Source of the DNA: a bacterium
GTDB taxonomy: Bacteria > Hinthialibacterota > Hinthialibacteria > Hinthialibacterales > Hinthialibacteraceae
DNA: 64,000 bases
Reading direction: 5' to 3'
Assembly (NCBI GenBank): GCA_963662285.2
Contig: CAXXMV010000008.1
Location: forward strand, 128,001 to 192,000
A program made the position numbers and the translations under genes. The notes beneath the pieces were generated by a model. That model saw nothing but the letters and a program-made list of their open reading frames with translations, ran no database searches and was not told where the DNA came from. The stretch's first letter is position 1, and every line of letters begins with the position of its first letter. Below, piece after piece: positions 19,327-28,812 of this stretch.

Positions 19327-22300
19327 ATGAGAAAAATATATTTATCAATTTGTTTCACTATAGGATTTGTTTTATGTGTACAGGTCAGTACATCTCAAAC
19401 TCCTCCGATTTGGCGATATTGGTCTACGGTGAACGGGCTTTCTGAGCCCTGGGCTGCTTTTTTATCAATCGCTCCCAATGGCAATCTATGGATTTCTCTG
19501 GATAATTATACAGATTTCAACTGCTTAAATGGTTTCAATATTCATTCACTTCACGGCGGATCAGGAGATTTCCCAGTAAAAGAAGGAGATTCCGGACAAC
19601 TTTGGACCATGTATTGGGATAAAAAGTGGTTCGATTTGGGGGGATTCCATTTATACAAAGATGGAGATTGGTTGAAGTTTGAAATCAAAGAATTTAAACC
19701 GCAATTATACCCCATACCTTTTATTCCTTTCGGACACGACCGGGTACTTTTTTTAATGCCTGACCGGCTAATGGTTTTTGACGCTGCTACTCAAAAAACA
19801 GATACAATCCGAAATATTTCCGATACCGATCTAGAGAGATTCAACGATATGACACCGGCAAAAGGAGGAGGTCTTTGGATTACCGGTAAAAAAGGCGCAA
19901 TAATAATTCCTTCCATTACGGACGAAATCAGATCCCGTTCCCAAATTCATGAATATGTTTTTAATAAGAATCTGGGTATTCACAATCTTTGGTATCCATT
20001 CGAAGGCGATAATGGTGAATTATATGGTACAGCAAATATAGTCAATGGATCGGGAGAAGTATTTGTATGCACAGATCGTGATGAATGGAAAACATTATAT
20101 TCATCCGACAAGGATGTCATGATAGGCGTTCCCAGCCTTGGCGACAGTTACTGGATAGTAAAAGGCCAAAATGACTTTAATCGATATTGGAGATACAATA
20201 GAAGCGCATTAAGAAAATACTGGTTTGGATTGAACTTTTTCTCGTTAACGCTCGTCAAGGGAAACCAGAAACAAGTTGTACAGAATAATAGGATATTATC
20301 GGGATATCTTGAATGGATTGAGACTGAACCGAGCGGTGTTTCTTGGTTCTCAACATCACACGGCTTGGCGCGTTATGCACCGAGTTCTTGGAGAGAGTGC
20401 GTAGAAACCGGAGGAGAAAAGATAATATGCTGGAGAATTTGTAAAGACAAGAAAGGCCGCATCTGGTTTCTATGTGAAAAACAACTGATTTGCTATTATG
20501 ATGATCAATGGAAATTCTATACATTACCCTCGGAACGTGCACGATACAATCTTTGCTTACTGAATGATGGGCGTTTAGTCATACCAGTATGGGGCAGGGA
20601 TTTTTGGATATTCAATCCCGAAACTGAAAGATTCGAAACGGTTTCGCATCCAGATAGACGATTTATTGGACTAATGTCCACTTCTAACGATGGCCGTGTA
20701 TTAATGGAAACTAGTATTGATGGTACGGCAAGATTAGAGATCTATGATGGGAAAGAATTTCAAACTTTATATCAACATAAATTTGACCAAGCAGACCTTA
20801 TTGCTGACCAATGGGGAATTGGGAGTTGGACCTGGTCGCTCATTATGCAAGAAAATGGAGAAATCTGGCTCGGTGGAAATAATATTGGCGGTTTGGCCCG
20901 ATTCAAAGATAATCAGTTATCGATCATCAAAGAAGCGAAAAGTCATGTAGATTCAAGAATTGAATGTATCGCTGATGTAGGAGAGGGAAAACTTTGGATA
21001 GGAGGTAGAAATAAGATTTATGAGTATGATAGCGAGAACTTTACCTGTGTTAGAGCAGGTTTTGATGGAATTTTTTCTATAAGAAAAACATCAGATGGAA
21101 GTATCTGGGTCGCTTCCGGCGCTGGACTGTATCGCTATTTTAATGATTCGTGGGTATCAAACTCTGTTGATGAAGGGATGCCGGACGCAGCGATTTACGA
21201 TATCTATGAAGACAGTCTTGGCCGAATGTGGATTGGATCTGAAGAGGGTATTTTTTTGTATCATTCTGATGCGGATAAAGATTCGCCGAATGTCCAAATG
21301 AATGAAAGTAAGAACGTTGAGGAAATAGTACCGGATGGTAATACTCAATTTGTTTATTCGGGAATAGATAAATGGAATTACTCAAAGAAGGACCGCCTTC
21401 TTTATTCTCATCGAATCGATGACGGGAATTGGTCATCATACTCAGAAGATACCGTCTCTAGTAATTCAGGGTTAAGTACAGGTAGTCATCGTTTCCAAGT
21501 CCGTGCAATGGACCGAAACTGGAACGTTTCTGTACCCGTATCTTGGGATTTTACAGTTATACGTCCCTGGTATAAACAACCTGGATTTCTAATTACCACA
21601 ACAATAAGCACAATTCTCATTATACTATTTATCGGAGTGTCGATAAATAGGCATCTCCGATTACAATCTAGTTACACTGATCTAAAAACAACACACAATC
21701 ATCTTAAACAAGCACAATCACAGCTCATCCAATCTGAAAAAATGGCATCTCTTGGGCAACTGGTTGCCGGAATCGCGCATGAAATTAACAATCCCATAGG
21801 ATTTATTAAAAGCAATATCGCACCTTTGAAAGAATATCTCGCTAACGCATTTCACTTCATATCCGCCATCAGACAGAAAACCAGTGAATATGACCAGCTT
21901 TATCAGGAGGCCGACCTGGATTACGTACAAAAAGACAGTAACAAACTAATCAAGGCCATGGAGGATGGTTCAAATCGGATTACGGAAATTGTATCAGGAC
22001 TCCGCCATTACACGCGAATCGATAAAGATTACCGATCGCCCTACGATCTTCATGAAGCCATCGATTCAACGTTAACCCTGCTTCATAGCCGGTATAAAGA
22101 TCGTGTATCAATCTATAAGGACTATAGTAATATCCACAATGTCACATGCTCTCCAGGTCAAATCAACCAAGTATTTTTGAATTTACTGAGCAATGCGATA
22201 GATGCCATTGAAGGAGAAGGTAACATCTGGATCAAAACACATCAAGAAGCAAATAACGTAATTGTGAAAATCCGTGATGATGGCAAAGGTATCCCCAAAG

Positions 22301-22485
22301 AAAACCTCATTAAAATTTTCGATCCGTTTTTCACAACAAAACCTGTGGGCCAAGGAACCGGTCTAGGTCTATCAATCTCATACGGTATCATAGAGCAGCA
22401 TGGAGGAGAGATAACAGTTGAGAGTGACACCGGGAAAGGGACAACTTTTAGGGTGACTTTCCCGATAAAGAAACAAGCGGAATAG
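19327..22485 (+). CDS. Sensor histidine kinase with extracellular beta-propeller/Y_Y_Y-type sensor
   Basis: Signal peptide, Reg_prop-like repeats (GRIWF, GSIWVAS, GRMWIGS), Y_Y_Y-like HRFQVRAMD, TM helix, H-box AGIAHEINNP, N/G1/F/G2 boxes. Confidence 0.9.
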   Translation: MRKIYLSICFTIGFVLCVQVSTSQTPPIWRYWSTVNGLSEPWAAFLSIAPNGNLWISLDNYTDFNCLNGFNIHSLHGGSGDFPVKEGDSGQLWTMYWDKKWFDLGGFHLYKDGDWLKFEIKEFKPQLYPIPFIPFGHDRVLFLMPDRLMVFDAATQKTDTIRNISDTDLERFNDMTPAKGGGLWITGKKGAIIIPSITDEIRSRSQIHEYVFNKNLGIHNLWYPFEGDNGELYGTANIVNGSGEVFVCTDRDEWKTLYSSDKDVMIGVPSLGDSYWIVKGQNDFNRYWRYNRSALRKYWFGLNFFSLTLVKGNQKQVVQNNRILSGYLEWIETEPSGVSWFSTSHGLARYAPSSWRECVETGGEKIICWRICKDKKGRIWFLCEKQLICYYDDQWKFYTLPSERARYNLCLLNDGRLVIPVWGRDFWIFNPETERFETVSHPDRRFIGLMSTSNDGRVLMETSIDGTARLEIYDGKEFQTLYQHKFDQADLIADQWGIGSWTWSLIMQENGEIWLGGNNIGGLARFKDNQLSIIKEAKSHVDSRIECIADVGEGKLWIGGRNKIYEYDSENFTCVRAGFDGIFSIRKTSDGSIWVASGAGLYRYFNDSWVSNSVDEGMPDAAIYDIYEDSLGRMWIGSEEGIFLYHSDADKDSPNVQMNESKNVEEIVPDGNTQFVYSGIDKWNYSKKDRLLYSHRIDDGNWSSYSEDTVSSNSGLSTGSHRFQVRAMDRNWNVSVPVSWDFTVIRPWYKQPGFLITTTISTILIILFIGVSINRHLRLQSSYTDLKTTHNHLKQAQSQLIQSEKMASLGQLVAGIAHEINNPIGFIKSNIAPLKEYLANAFHFISAIRQKTSEYDQLYQEADLDYVQKDSNKLIKAMEDGSNRITEIVSGLRHYTRIDKDYRSPYDLHEAIDSTLTLLHSRYKDRVSIYKDYSNIHNVTCSPGQINQVFLNLLSNAIDAIEGEGNIWIKTHQEANNVIVKIRDDGKGIPKENLIKIFDPFFTTKPVGQGTGLGLSISYGIIEQHGGEITVESDTGKGTTFRVTFPIKKQAE

Positions 22486-22575
22486 GCTTTTCTACGCAAT
22501 CCATAATTGAAAATCTATGACCGAAAATGGCGTTTGGATTTCAGGGTGACGCGCAAGCGACATATTGATCGCGCA

Positions 22576-22612
22576 GGCGCCAAGGGCAAGACCGCAAAGC
22601 GGTCAGCCCTTG
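22576..22612 (+). repeat. REP-like palindrome, family B
   Basis: ggcgccaagggcaagaccgc-aaa-gcggtcagcccttg. Confidence 0.75.
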
Positions 22613-22695
22613 TTATCACTTATTATGGGGGGGATCAAGGACATAAAAATTCTGCCCTTAGCGCCTGCAATATTCTTTCTCTAAAAAATGTCCAA

Positions 22696-25221
22696 CTAAT
22701 AAACCGACCAATCATTGATGCCAACAGGGAGATAGCCTTCCAGATATTCTCTCCGTTCTTTTATGAAACGCTTGAGCGTTGCGTATGAGTCCCTGATTTG
22801 TTGAGAACGCTGGTTGATATAACGCCCGGTTTGTTGCTTAATTAAATCCAGATCATCCAATAATAGTTGCTCGTCTGCATCTATCTTGCTATACATCTTT
22901 TCTAGAGTGAAATGTTTGTTGAAAGTGCTAGCCAGTTTATCCAGGTACAACTGATAAAAATCAGCGTCTTTGTGCAGCGGAGAAGTAACAACTCCCGGAG
23001 AACGTGAGACGTTGTTGTCTCCAATAGCTCTTCCATCAATGGGAAAACTCAGAGGCATTTTGGAATACATGGGGCCGGTGTTGGGCGGCGGGGTGGAGCC
23101 CCAGATCCAATCCAAATCCCAGGGAATCATTTCCCAACGGTTGGTATCCGGGTCGCGATACAGCCAGTTGTTGTTCCAGTATCCATCCCAGTTGCTCACG
23201 AATATGCTGGCCGCGCTATAAGCCAGAAACTCATCAACATCAATATTTTCATCAATTGCCTTTTGCCGAATGGTTTTGTTGGACGATGATAAATTGCGTA
23301 TCAAGTCATCTATGGCCTCTGTACCTTCATCTTTATTGGTATGCTTCTCCAAACCAGAACTTTTATGATCCATCTTATATAAGTCGCCATCTGGGTTGCG
23401 GTCATGGAGTTCGAGAAAATTCTCGTTTACCTGTTGGATAACCAGCTGTTGCGTCTGAATATCATTGGATGAAGCAGGAAGTTGGATAATCCGGTAGAAC
23501 TCAGCCCATGAAGAAGGAACCTCCATCTCATTGAAAAACCAGTAGCCCAAATGCTCGCGGTATGGAGAACTGATCCCCGCGTTGGTGCCTCCGGTTGGAA
23601 TTTCCGGGATAATATTAATGGTTCGGTCTCCATAAAATTCATCCCCTTTAAGAAAGCGGATTTTCTTCCGGTTGCTGGCTGATGGTATGACAAGCACTCC
23701 ATCAAATAACCTGGGATGATCATCACCGACTTGCTTTGCAACAGCTGCGCCGTAATAATCAGATGAAGCAACCACAGTACTTTTCTTAGGAGACATGATC
23801 CAGAGAAGAGGCAGAGATGATTCTATTTCATCGTCATAGACGAAATAAGAGATAAAAGGCTTCGGTTCGGCTGCATGTGGTAATAACTGGGATACGCCAT
23901 TTGTTAGATTAACTATCACACTTGAACGAACCAGGTTTTGAGAAGGCATTGATGGAAGAATGGCTTCATAGGTAGCAGATTCAATTCCATCCGCAATCTT
24001 AGACATCTGAATCTTATGGCTATCTTCCTCCAATCCCATTAATAACGTAGGCGCCAAATAAAAGTCAGAACTGCCGCCGCGGGAAGTATTAAATCCAACC
24101 AGGGCAATTATGTTATTGCCTTCAACCAGTACACCATCGCTTATACTGAATGTAGAGACTTCATCTGACTCAAAAGTACTATTAGCCAAAGAAGTATGAG
24201 TGTAGTCTTGCGGAGCATTGGCGCGGGCGATTTCAACGCCATTCAAATAACAGATAAATCCATCATCATAATAAATAGATAGAGTAAGGTCATCCGTCAT
24301 ATCGGTGGAATCAACCGAAAACTCTTTACGCAGGTATACCGTTGAATAGCCGCCCTGCATATCTGAAAAATTAGTATTGACATGATTAACATCGCCATAT
24401 CCAAAACCGCCATAACCTTCATCCCAGGAAGAATCATCAAACGATTCTAAAATCCAGTTAATTGAGGATGATGGCGCCGTACGGCCTTTCCAGTAACGCC
24501 ATTTACTATTTGCACTAACCAGAACGTTTTCCGGTGGATTCTCAGAAAGGCTTTCGTATATCAGATCTACGGATTTTATAGTATCCGGCGCATCGAAAGC
24601 AATCTGAATCTTAACTTGATCCGATGATGTAGGATGCTCTGGAATAATTGCATGATTGGTGATTACTGGAGTCGCAATAGTCCCCACTATGGAGTTAGCT
24701 CTTCCAGGCGTTCCTTCATCCTGTAATGAAGAGCGCCATGAATGAAAATCATCGGCCTCCAGGCTCCAAGCAATGCGCTCCAATGAAGAACCATAACCAT
24801 CAGCCCCCAAAGGCCAGGGGAACGAATCGCTGTACTTAAATTCATCAACGATGGAATCATCAGCGCGCGCCAGGGTTAAACGCTCGCCCGAATTAGACAG
24901 TTTTCCTTCATAGGGGCCAACTATCTTAAATGCGCTATTGCGCCAGGTTCTATGAGTCAGGTTTTTAGCGATAACAATATATGACTTAGAATATAATAAA
25001 GTATTGTCGGGAAAGGCGAACTGCACTCCTTTAGTGAACTTATAACCAGTTAAATCAATGTCCTCATCTCCTGAATTATAGAGTTCGATAAACTCACGAT
25101 ATGAACCATCTTCCAGATCATCATCAGGTGGATTGTAATGAATTTCGTTAATGACTACATCAGAATAACAATTGATTCCCAATAAAATACATAAAACTGA
25201 ACAAACTATCAAAATCCTCAT
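22696..25221 (-). CDS. Secreted lamin-tail-domain / CotH kinase family protein
   Basis: Probable start MRILIV at 25221 (RBS ggggag); VVINEIHYNP, EFIELYN, LSNSGERLTL (LTD); GDLYK, NWDGYWNN, PWDLD (CotH); ends INDWSVY. Confidence 0.85.
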   Translation of the reverse strand: MRILIVCSVLCILLGINCYSDVVINEIHYNPPDDDLEDGSYREFIELYNSGDEDIDLTGYKFTKGVQFAFPDNTLLYSKSYIVIAKNLTHRTWRNSAFKIVGPYEGKLSNSGERLTLARADDSIVDEFKYSDSFPWPLGADGYGSSLERIAWSLEADDFHSWRSSLQDEGTPGRANSIVGTIATPVITNHAIIPEHPTSSDQVKIQIAFDAPDTIKSVDLIYESLSENPPENVLVSANSKWRYWKGRTAPSSSINWILESFDDSSWDEGYGGFGYGDVNHVNTNFSDMQGGYSTVYLRKEFSVDSTDMTDDLTLSIYYDDGFICYLNGVEIARANAPQDYTHTSLANSTFESDEVSTFSISDGVLVEGNNIIALVGFNTSRGGSSDFYLAPTLLMGLEEDSHKIQMSKIADGIESATYEAILPSMPSQNLVRSSVIVNLTNGVSQLLPHAAEPKPFISYFVYDDEIESSLPLLWIMSPKKSTVVASSDYYGAAVAKQVGDDHPRLFDGVLVIPSASNRKKIRFLKGDEFYGDRTINIIPEIPTGGTNAGISSPYREHLGYWFFNEMEVPSSWAEFYRIIQLPASSNDIQTQQLVIQQVNENFLELHDRNPDGDLYKMDHKSSGLEKHTNKDEGTEAIDDLIRNLSSSNKTIRQKAIDENIDVDEFLAYSAASIFVSNWDGYWNNNWLYRDPDTNRWEMIPWDLDWIWGSTPPPNTGPMYSKMPLSFPIDGRAIGDNNVSRSPGVVTSPLHKDADFYQLYLDKLASTFNKHFTLEKMYSKIDADEQLLLDDLDLIKQQTGRYINQRSQQIRDSYATLKRFIKERREYLEGYLPVGINDWSVY

Positions 25222-25360
25222 ATTTAAATTGCTCCCCACGCATAAATTGAATAATCCATCAAGAATACCTTGAGAAGAACTCACAAGATATCTATTACAA
25301 TATCACATTATCAGGTTTATTATCTACTCTTATTACAGTAGGAAAGTCTTATATATCAAA

Positions 25361-26218
25361 TCAAACATGTTTCCAGGCGTTATATGAGCTACGCACGAAT
25401 GGAGCTGATTCAACATGTTTGAAGCCAATTTCTTTACCAATAACCTTGTACTCATCAAAAACATCCGGGTGGATATACTCAAATACGGGAAAATGTTTCA
25501 TCGATGGCCTGAGATATTGCCCGATGGTTAATATTGAACAACCCACCTCGCGCAGGTCATGCATCAACTGAATCATCTCATCTTTTTCTTCGCCTAATCC
25601 AACCATGACTCCGGATTTTGTGGAAATTTCCGGTTTAATCTCTCCCGCACGACGCAGCAACTCCAGGCTGCGCGGATATTTAGCAGCAGGTCTCACTTCC
25701 GGATAAAGCCGGGGAACCGTCTCCAGATTATGGTTAAGAATGGCGATATCCGCTTGCATCACTTTAGCTAGTGAATCCAAATCTCCCCGAAAATCTGGAA
25801 TCAATATCTCTACAGTGGTTTGAGAATTGATATTTTTTATCTGATTAACCGTTTCAGCAATATGAGCAGCCCCCCCATCGTCCAGATCATCTCTGGTAAC
25901 CGATGTTAAAACAACATGTTTGAGTTGCATCTTATCCACAGAATCCGCCACCAACGCTGGTTCATCCGGATCAGGATTATCCGGCTTCCCGCCTTGCACG
26001 GCGCAAAAAGAACACGAACGGGTGCAAACTTCTCCCAAGAGTAAAAAGGTTGCCGTCCCATGATGCCAGCACTCGCCTTTATTAGGACACATGGCCTCTT
26101 CACAGATGGTATTCAATTTATGAGAATGAACAATATCGCGGGTTTTATTAAAAGATTTGCCGGAAACGGTTTTGATCCGTATCCATTCAGGTTTTGGAAT
26201 ACGATTATTTTTTGTCAT
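25361..26218 (-). CDS. lipA: Lipoyl synthase
   Basis: CEEAMCPNKGEC, radical SAM CTRSCSFC, NHNLETV, GQYLRPS, RSSY. Confidence 0.96.
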   Translation of the reverse strand: MTKNNRIPKPEWIRIKTVSGKSFNKTRDIVHSHKLNTICEEAMCPNKGECWHHGTATFLLLGEVCTRSCSFCAVQGGKPDNPDPDEPALVADSVDKMQLKHVVLTSVTRDDLDDGGAAHIAETVNQIKNINSQTTVEILIPDFRGDLDSLAKVMQADIAILNHNLETVPRLYPEVRPAAKYPRSLELLRRAGEIKPEISTKSGVMVGLGEEKDEMIQLMHDLREVGCSILTIGQYLRPSMKHFPVFEYIHPDVFDEYKVIGKEIGFKHVESAPFVRSSYNAWKHV

Positions 26219-26455
26219 AATTAGGCGTTTATCTTAATTGTAATGAATATTTTACATATTTTAGCCGATCTCCATCAAAAACAATAAGCCCCGGGAAAAA
26301 CAGGATTTACCCATCTAAACGACTTTTTGGCGCAGTTTATATATTAAAATTCGTGCCACAATGACTCAAATACTCAAGTTACCCACCTATAAATCAATTC
26401 AATAAAAAAACGTTATCCCCTGAATAACAAGTATATTACAAAAATTTTCACAGTA

Positions 26456-26471
26456 TGGAATACTACTTGCT
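26456..26471 (+). promoter_or_regulatory. Candidate sigma54 (-24/-12) promoter
   Basis: TGGAATACTACTTGCT has exact GG-N10-GC spacing and TTGCT, about 40 bp before the htrA ATG. Confidence 0.45.
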
Positions 26472-26510
26472 TATTCATATTTCAAACTAGATAAGTTTTT
26501 TAACGGTAAA

Positions 26511-27935
26511 ATGAAAAATAATCGATCTATAAAATCCATATCTTTTTTAATCAGTTTAGCGACCGCCTTTTTCTTCACAGGGAATGCGGAAAGCGCAAAC
26601 TATGATCGCCGCACTCCCATAGTTGAAACTGTAGAAAAAGTCTTGCCCGCTGTAGTTAATATCAGCACATCCAAGACCGTCTCGGTGAACCGTTCACCTT
26701 TTCCACGCAATTTCCGGACGCCGTTTGATGAAATTTTCAAAGAACAATACAAACTCGAAGGTCTTGGTTCCGGCGTTTTGATTGAAGGCGGATATATCAT
26801 AACCAATAACCACGTTATATCTTACGATGAATATAAGGTGGGCCCAGCAGATAGAATTCAAGTTACTATATATAATGAAAAAGAAACCCGTGAAGCAGTA
26901 TTGATCGGCGCTAATCCCGATGAAGATGTCGCCATACTTAAACTTAATGGATTCATTCCACAACATTATCTCTCATGGGGTCGCTCAGATGACCTGATGA
27001 TCGGCGAAACCGTCATTGCTGCAGGTAGTTCTCTGGGTCAACCATTCACCGTAACTACCGGAATTATAAGCGCTTTGAACCGTACTATCGCTATCAACCA
27101 GGACCGGCAATACTCAAATTTGATTCAAACTAACGCCGACATCAACCAAGGCAACAGCGGCGGACCATTAGTTAATATTAACGGAGAATTCATCGGCCTA
27201 AACACCATGATCCTCTCGCCATCCGGCGGTTCAGTGGGCTTGGGATTCGCCATCCCTGTTTCACGAGTAAAAAAAATATTCGATTATTGGGTAAACGGCA
27301 TCATATCACTCGAAGATCAACTGGGAATCAAAACCCAGGATTTGACGCCTCAATACATAAGATATTTTAAGCAAGAATACGAATCATTGCATGAAGAGAA
27401 ACTAACCGGAGTATTTATAAACGAAATGCCCCGCGTCGGACCAGCTTCTGATTATTTATATCCCTTAGATATTATTCTTGAAATTAACGGGCATCAAATT
27501 GAAGATTGCGCTGATTTTTATAATCAACTTGAAGAAAATAAAAATAACGAAATCCTCTTTAAGATTATCCGTAAAGGCCAGAAATTCCCGGTCCGCTTCC
27601 ACACGCCCAACAACAAAGTGCAAACTGAAACTTTCTCAGGAATGACTTTGCAGGAACTGGATAATGCCTGGCATAGATGGTTCACCCTTCCGGATAATTT
27701 CAAAGGTTTAGTAATTCTTTCGGTAAAAGAGGGCAGCGAAGCAGAAAAAATGGGAATCAGACGCGGCGACGTTCTGGTTAACCTCAACAATGAAATAGAT
27801 CTCACTTCATTAGAGGATATCAAAGCAGCCAAAGAAGATTTAAAGAAGGAGAAATACCTCTTGCTGCTTATGTATAGACATATCAGCAAAGACGACTGGA
27901 AGCCGCAACGGATTCAATTATCGAATTCTGATTAA
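26511..27935 (+). CDS. htrA: Second HtrA/DegP-family serine protease with PDZ domains
   Basis: Signal peptide, GLGSGVLI, TNNHVI, DVAILK, INQGNSGGPL. Confidence 0.9.
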   Translation: MKNNRSIKSISFLISLATAFFFTGNAESANYDRRTPIVETVEKVLPAVVNISTSKTVSVNRSPFPRNFRTPFDEIFKEQYKLEGLGSGVLIEGGYIITNNHVISYDEYKVGPADRIQVTIYNEKETREAVLIGANPDEDVAILKLNGFIPQHYLSWGRSDDLMIGETVIAAGSSLGQPFTVTTGIISALNRTIAINQDRQYSNLIQTNADINQGNSGGPLVNINGEFIGLNTMILSPSGGSVGLGFAIPVSRVKKIFDYWVNGIISLEDQLGIKTQDLTPQYIRYFKQEYESLHEEKLTGVFINEMPRVGPASDYLYPLDIILEINGHQIEDCADFYNQLEENKNNEILFKIIRKGQKFPVRFHTPNNKVQTETFSGMTLQELDNAWHRWFTLPDNFKGLVILSVKEGSEAEKMGIRRGDVLVNLNNEIDLTSLEDIKAAKEDLKKEKYLLLLMYRHISKDDWKPQRIQLSNSD

Positions 27936-27991
27936 CAAATATAAGTCTTAACTCAATATAGTTTTCACGATTTAAGGAATAGGAACATACA

Positions 27992-28672
27992 ATGGTTAAA
28001 AAAGCAACTTTTCCTGACTTTGATGAATCAAAAACAAAGGATAAAACCAAAAAAGGTCAAAACCTCGATATAAAAGAGGATTTGACAAAAGAACAAAATA
28101 TGGCGCCGGAAGAAGACGCTAAAGATAGCGACGCACAAAACGTGGTAAATCTTAAATCCGATGATATTGCGTTATCTGCGGAAGATATTGAAAAAATTAT
28201 CCACGAACGGGACGATTACCTCAAGCATCTTCAACGCCTTCAAGCGGATTTTGATAATTACCGCAAACGGATTCAAAAAGAGAAAGCTCAATTGCGTGAT
28301 TTCCTGGTTCAGGATATTCTGACCAGCCTATTGGAAGTGATTGATAATATGGACCGCGCTCTACATCCTGATAATGACACTCATGATGTAGATTCATACC
28401 GGCAAGGCGTGGAAATGGTTTTCCAACAGTTCATGAATATACTTAAAGAGCATGGCCTAACTCGCGTAGAAACAGATGGTAAGATGTTTGATCCTCGGTT
28501 CCATGAAGCAATCGGGCAAGTAGAAACAGACCAGCATGAACCGGGAACTATCATATCTGAATTCTTGCCGGGATACGCTATCAATGAACGAATTTTACGA
28601 GCGCCTAAAGTGCAAGTAGCTACTCAAATTAAAGATATTGATGAAAAAGCAGATGAATTATCACCAAAATGA
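27992..28672 (+). CDS. grpE: Nucleotide exchange factor GrpE
   Basis: RLQADFDNYRKR, DNMDRA, FDPRFHEA, GYAINERILRAPKV. Confidence 0.95.
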   Translation: MVKKATFPDFDESKTKDKTKKGQNLDIKEDLTKEQNMAPEEDAKDSDAQNVVNLKSDDIALSAEDIEKIIHERDDYLKHLQRLQADFDNYRKRIQKEKAQLRDFLVQDILTSLLEVIDNMDRALHPDNDTHDVDSYRQGVEMVFQQFMNILKEHGLTRVETDGKMFDPRFHEAIGQVETDQHEPGTIISEFLPGYAINERILRAPKVQVATQIKDIDEKADELSPK

Positions 28673-28733
28673 ACTGCTATAGAAAGTCTCATAGTTAAAA
28701 TAGAAAAGTTTATAGAACAGATTACCAGAAATT

Positions 28734-28763
28734 GATTACGGAATAGATTACGGAATAGATTAC
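28734..28763. repeat. Short tandem repeat, 12-bp unit GATTACGGAATA x2.5
   Basis: gattacggaata gattacggaata gattac; an extra gattac at 28720. Confidence 0.8.
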
Positions 28764-28812
28764 AAAATTAATCATCTATAGATGAGAATTGAAAACATAG
28801 GAGTTAATTATC

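Noticed and set aside
10286-25284. Genomic island integrated at tRNA-Glu
   Set aside because: Accessory-looking genes follow the tRNA, but there is no integrase, I found no duplicated tRNA 3' end, and host REP repeats occur inside the region.
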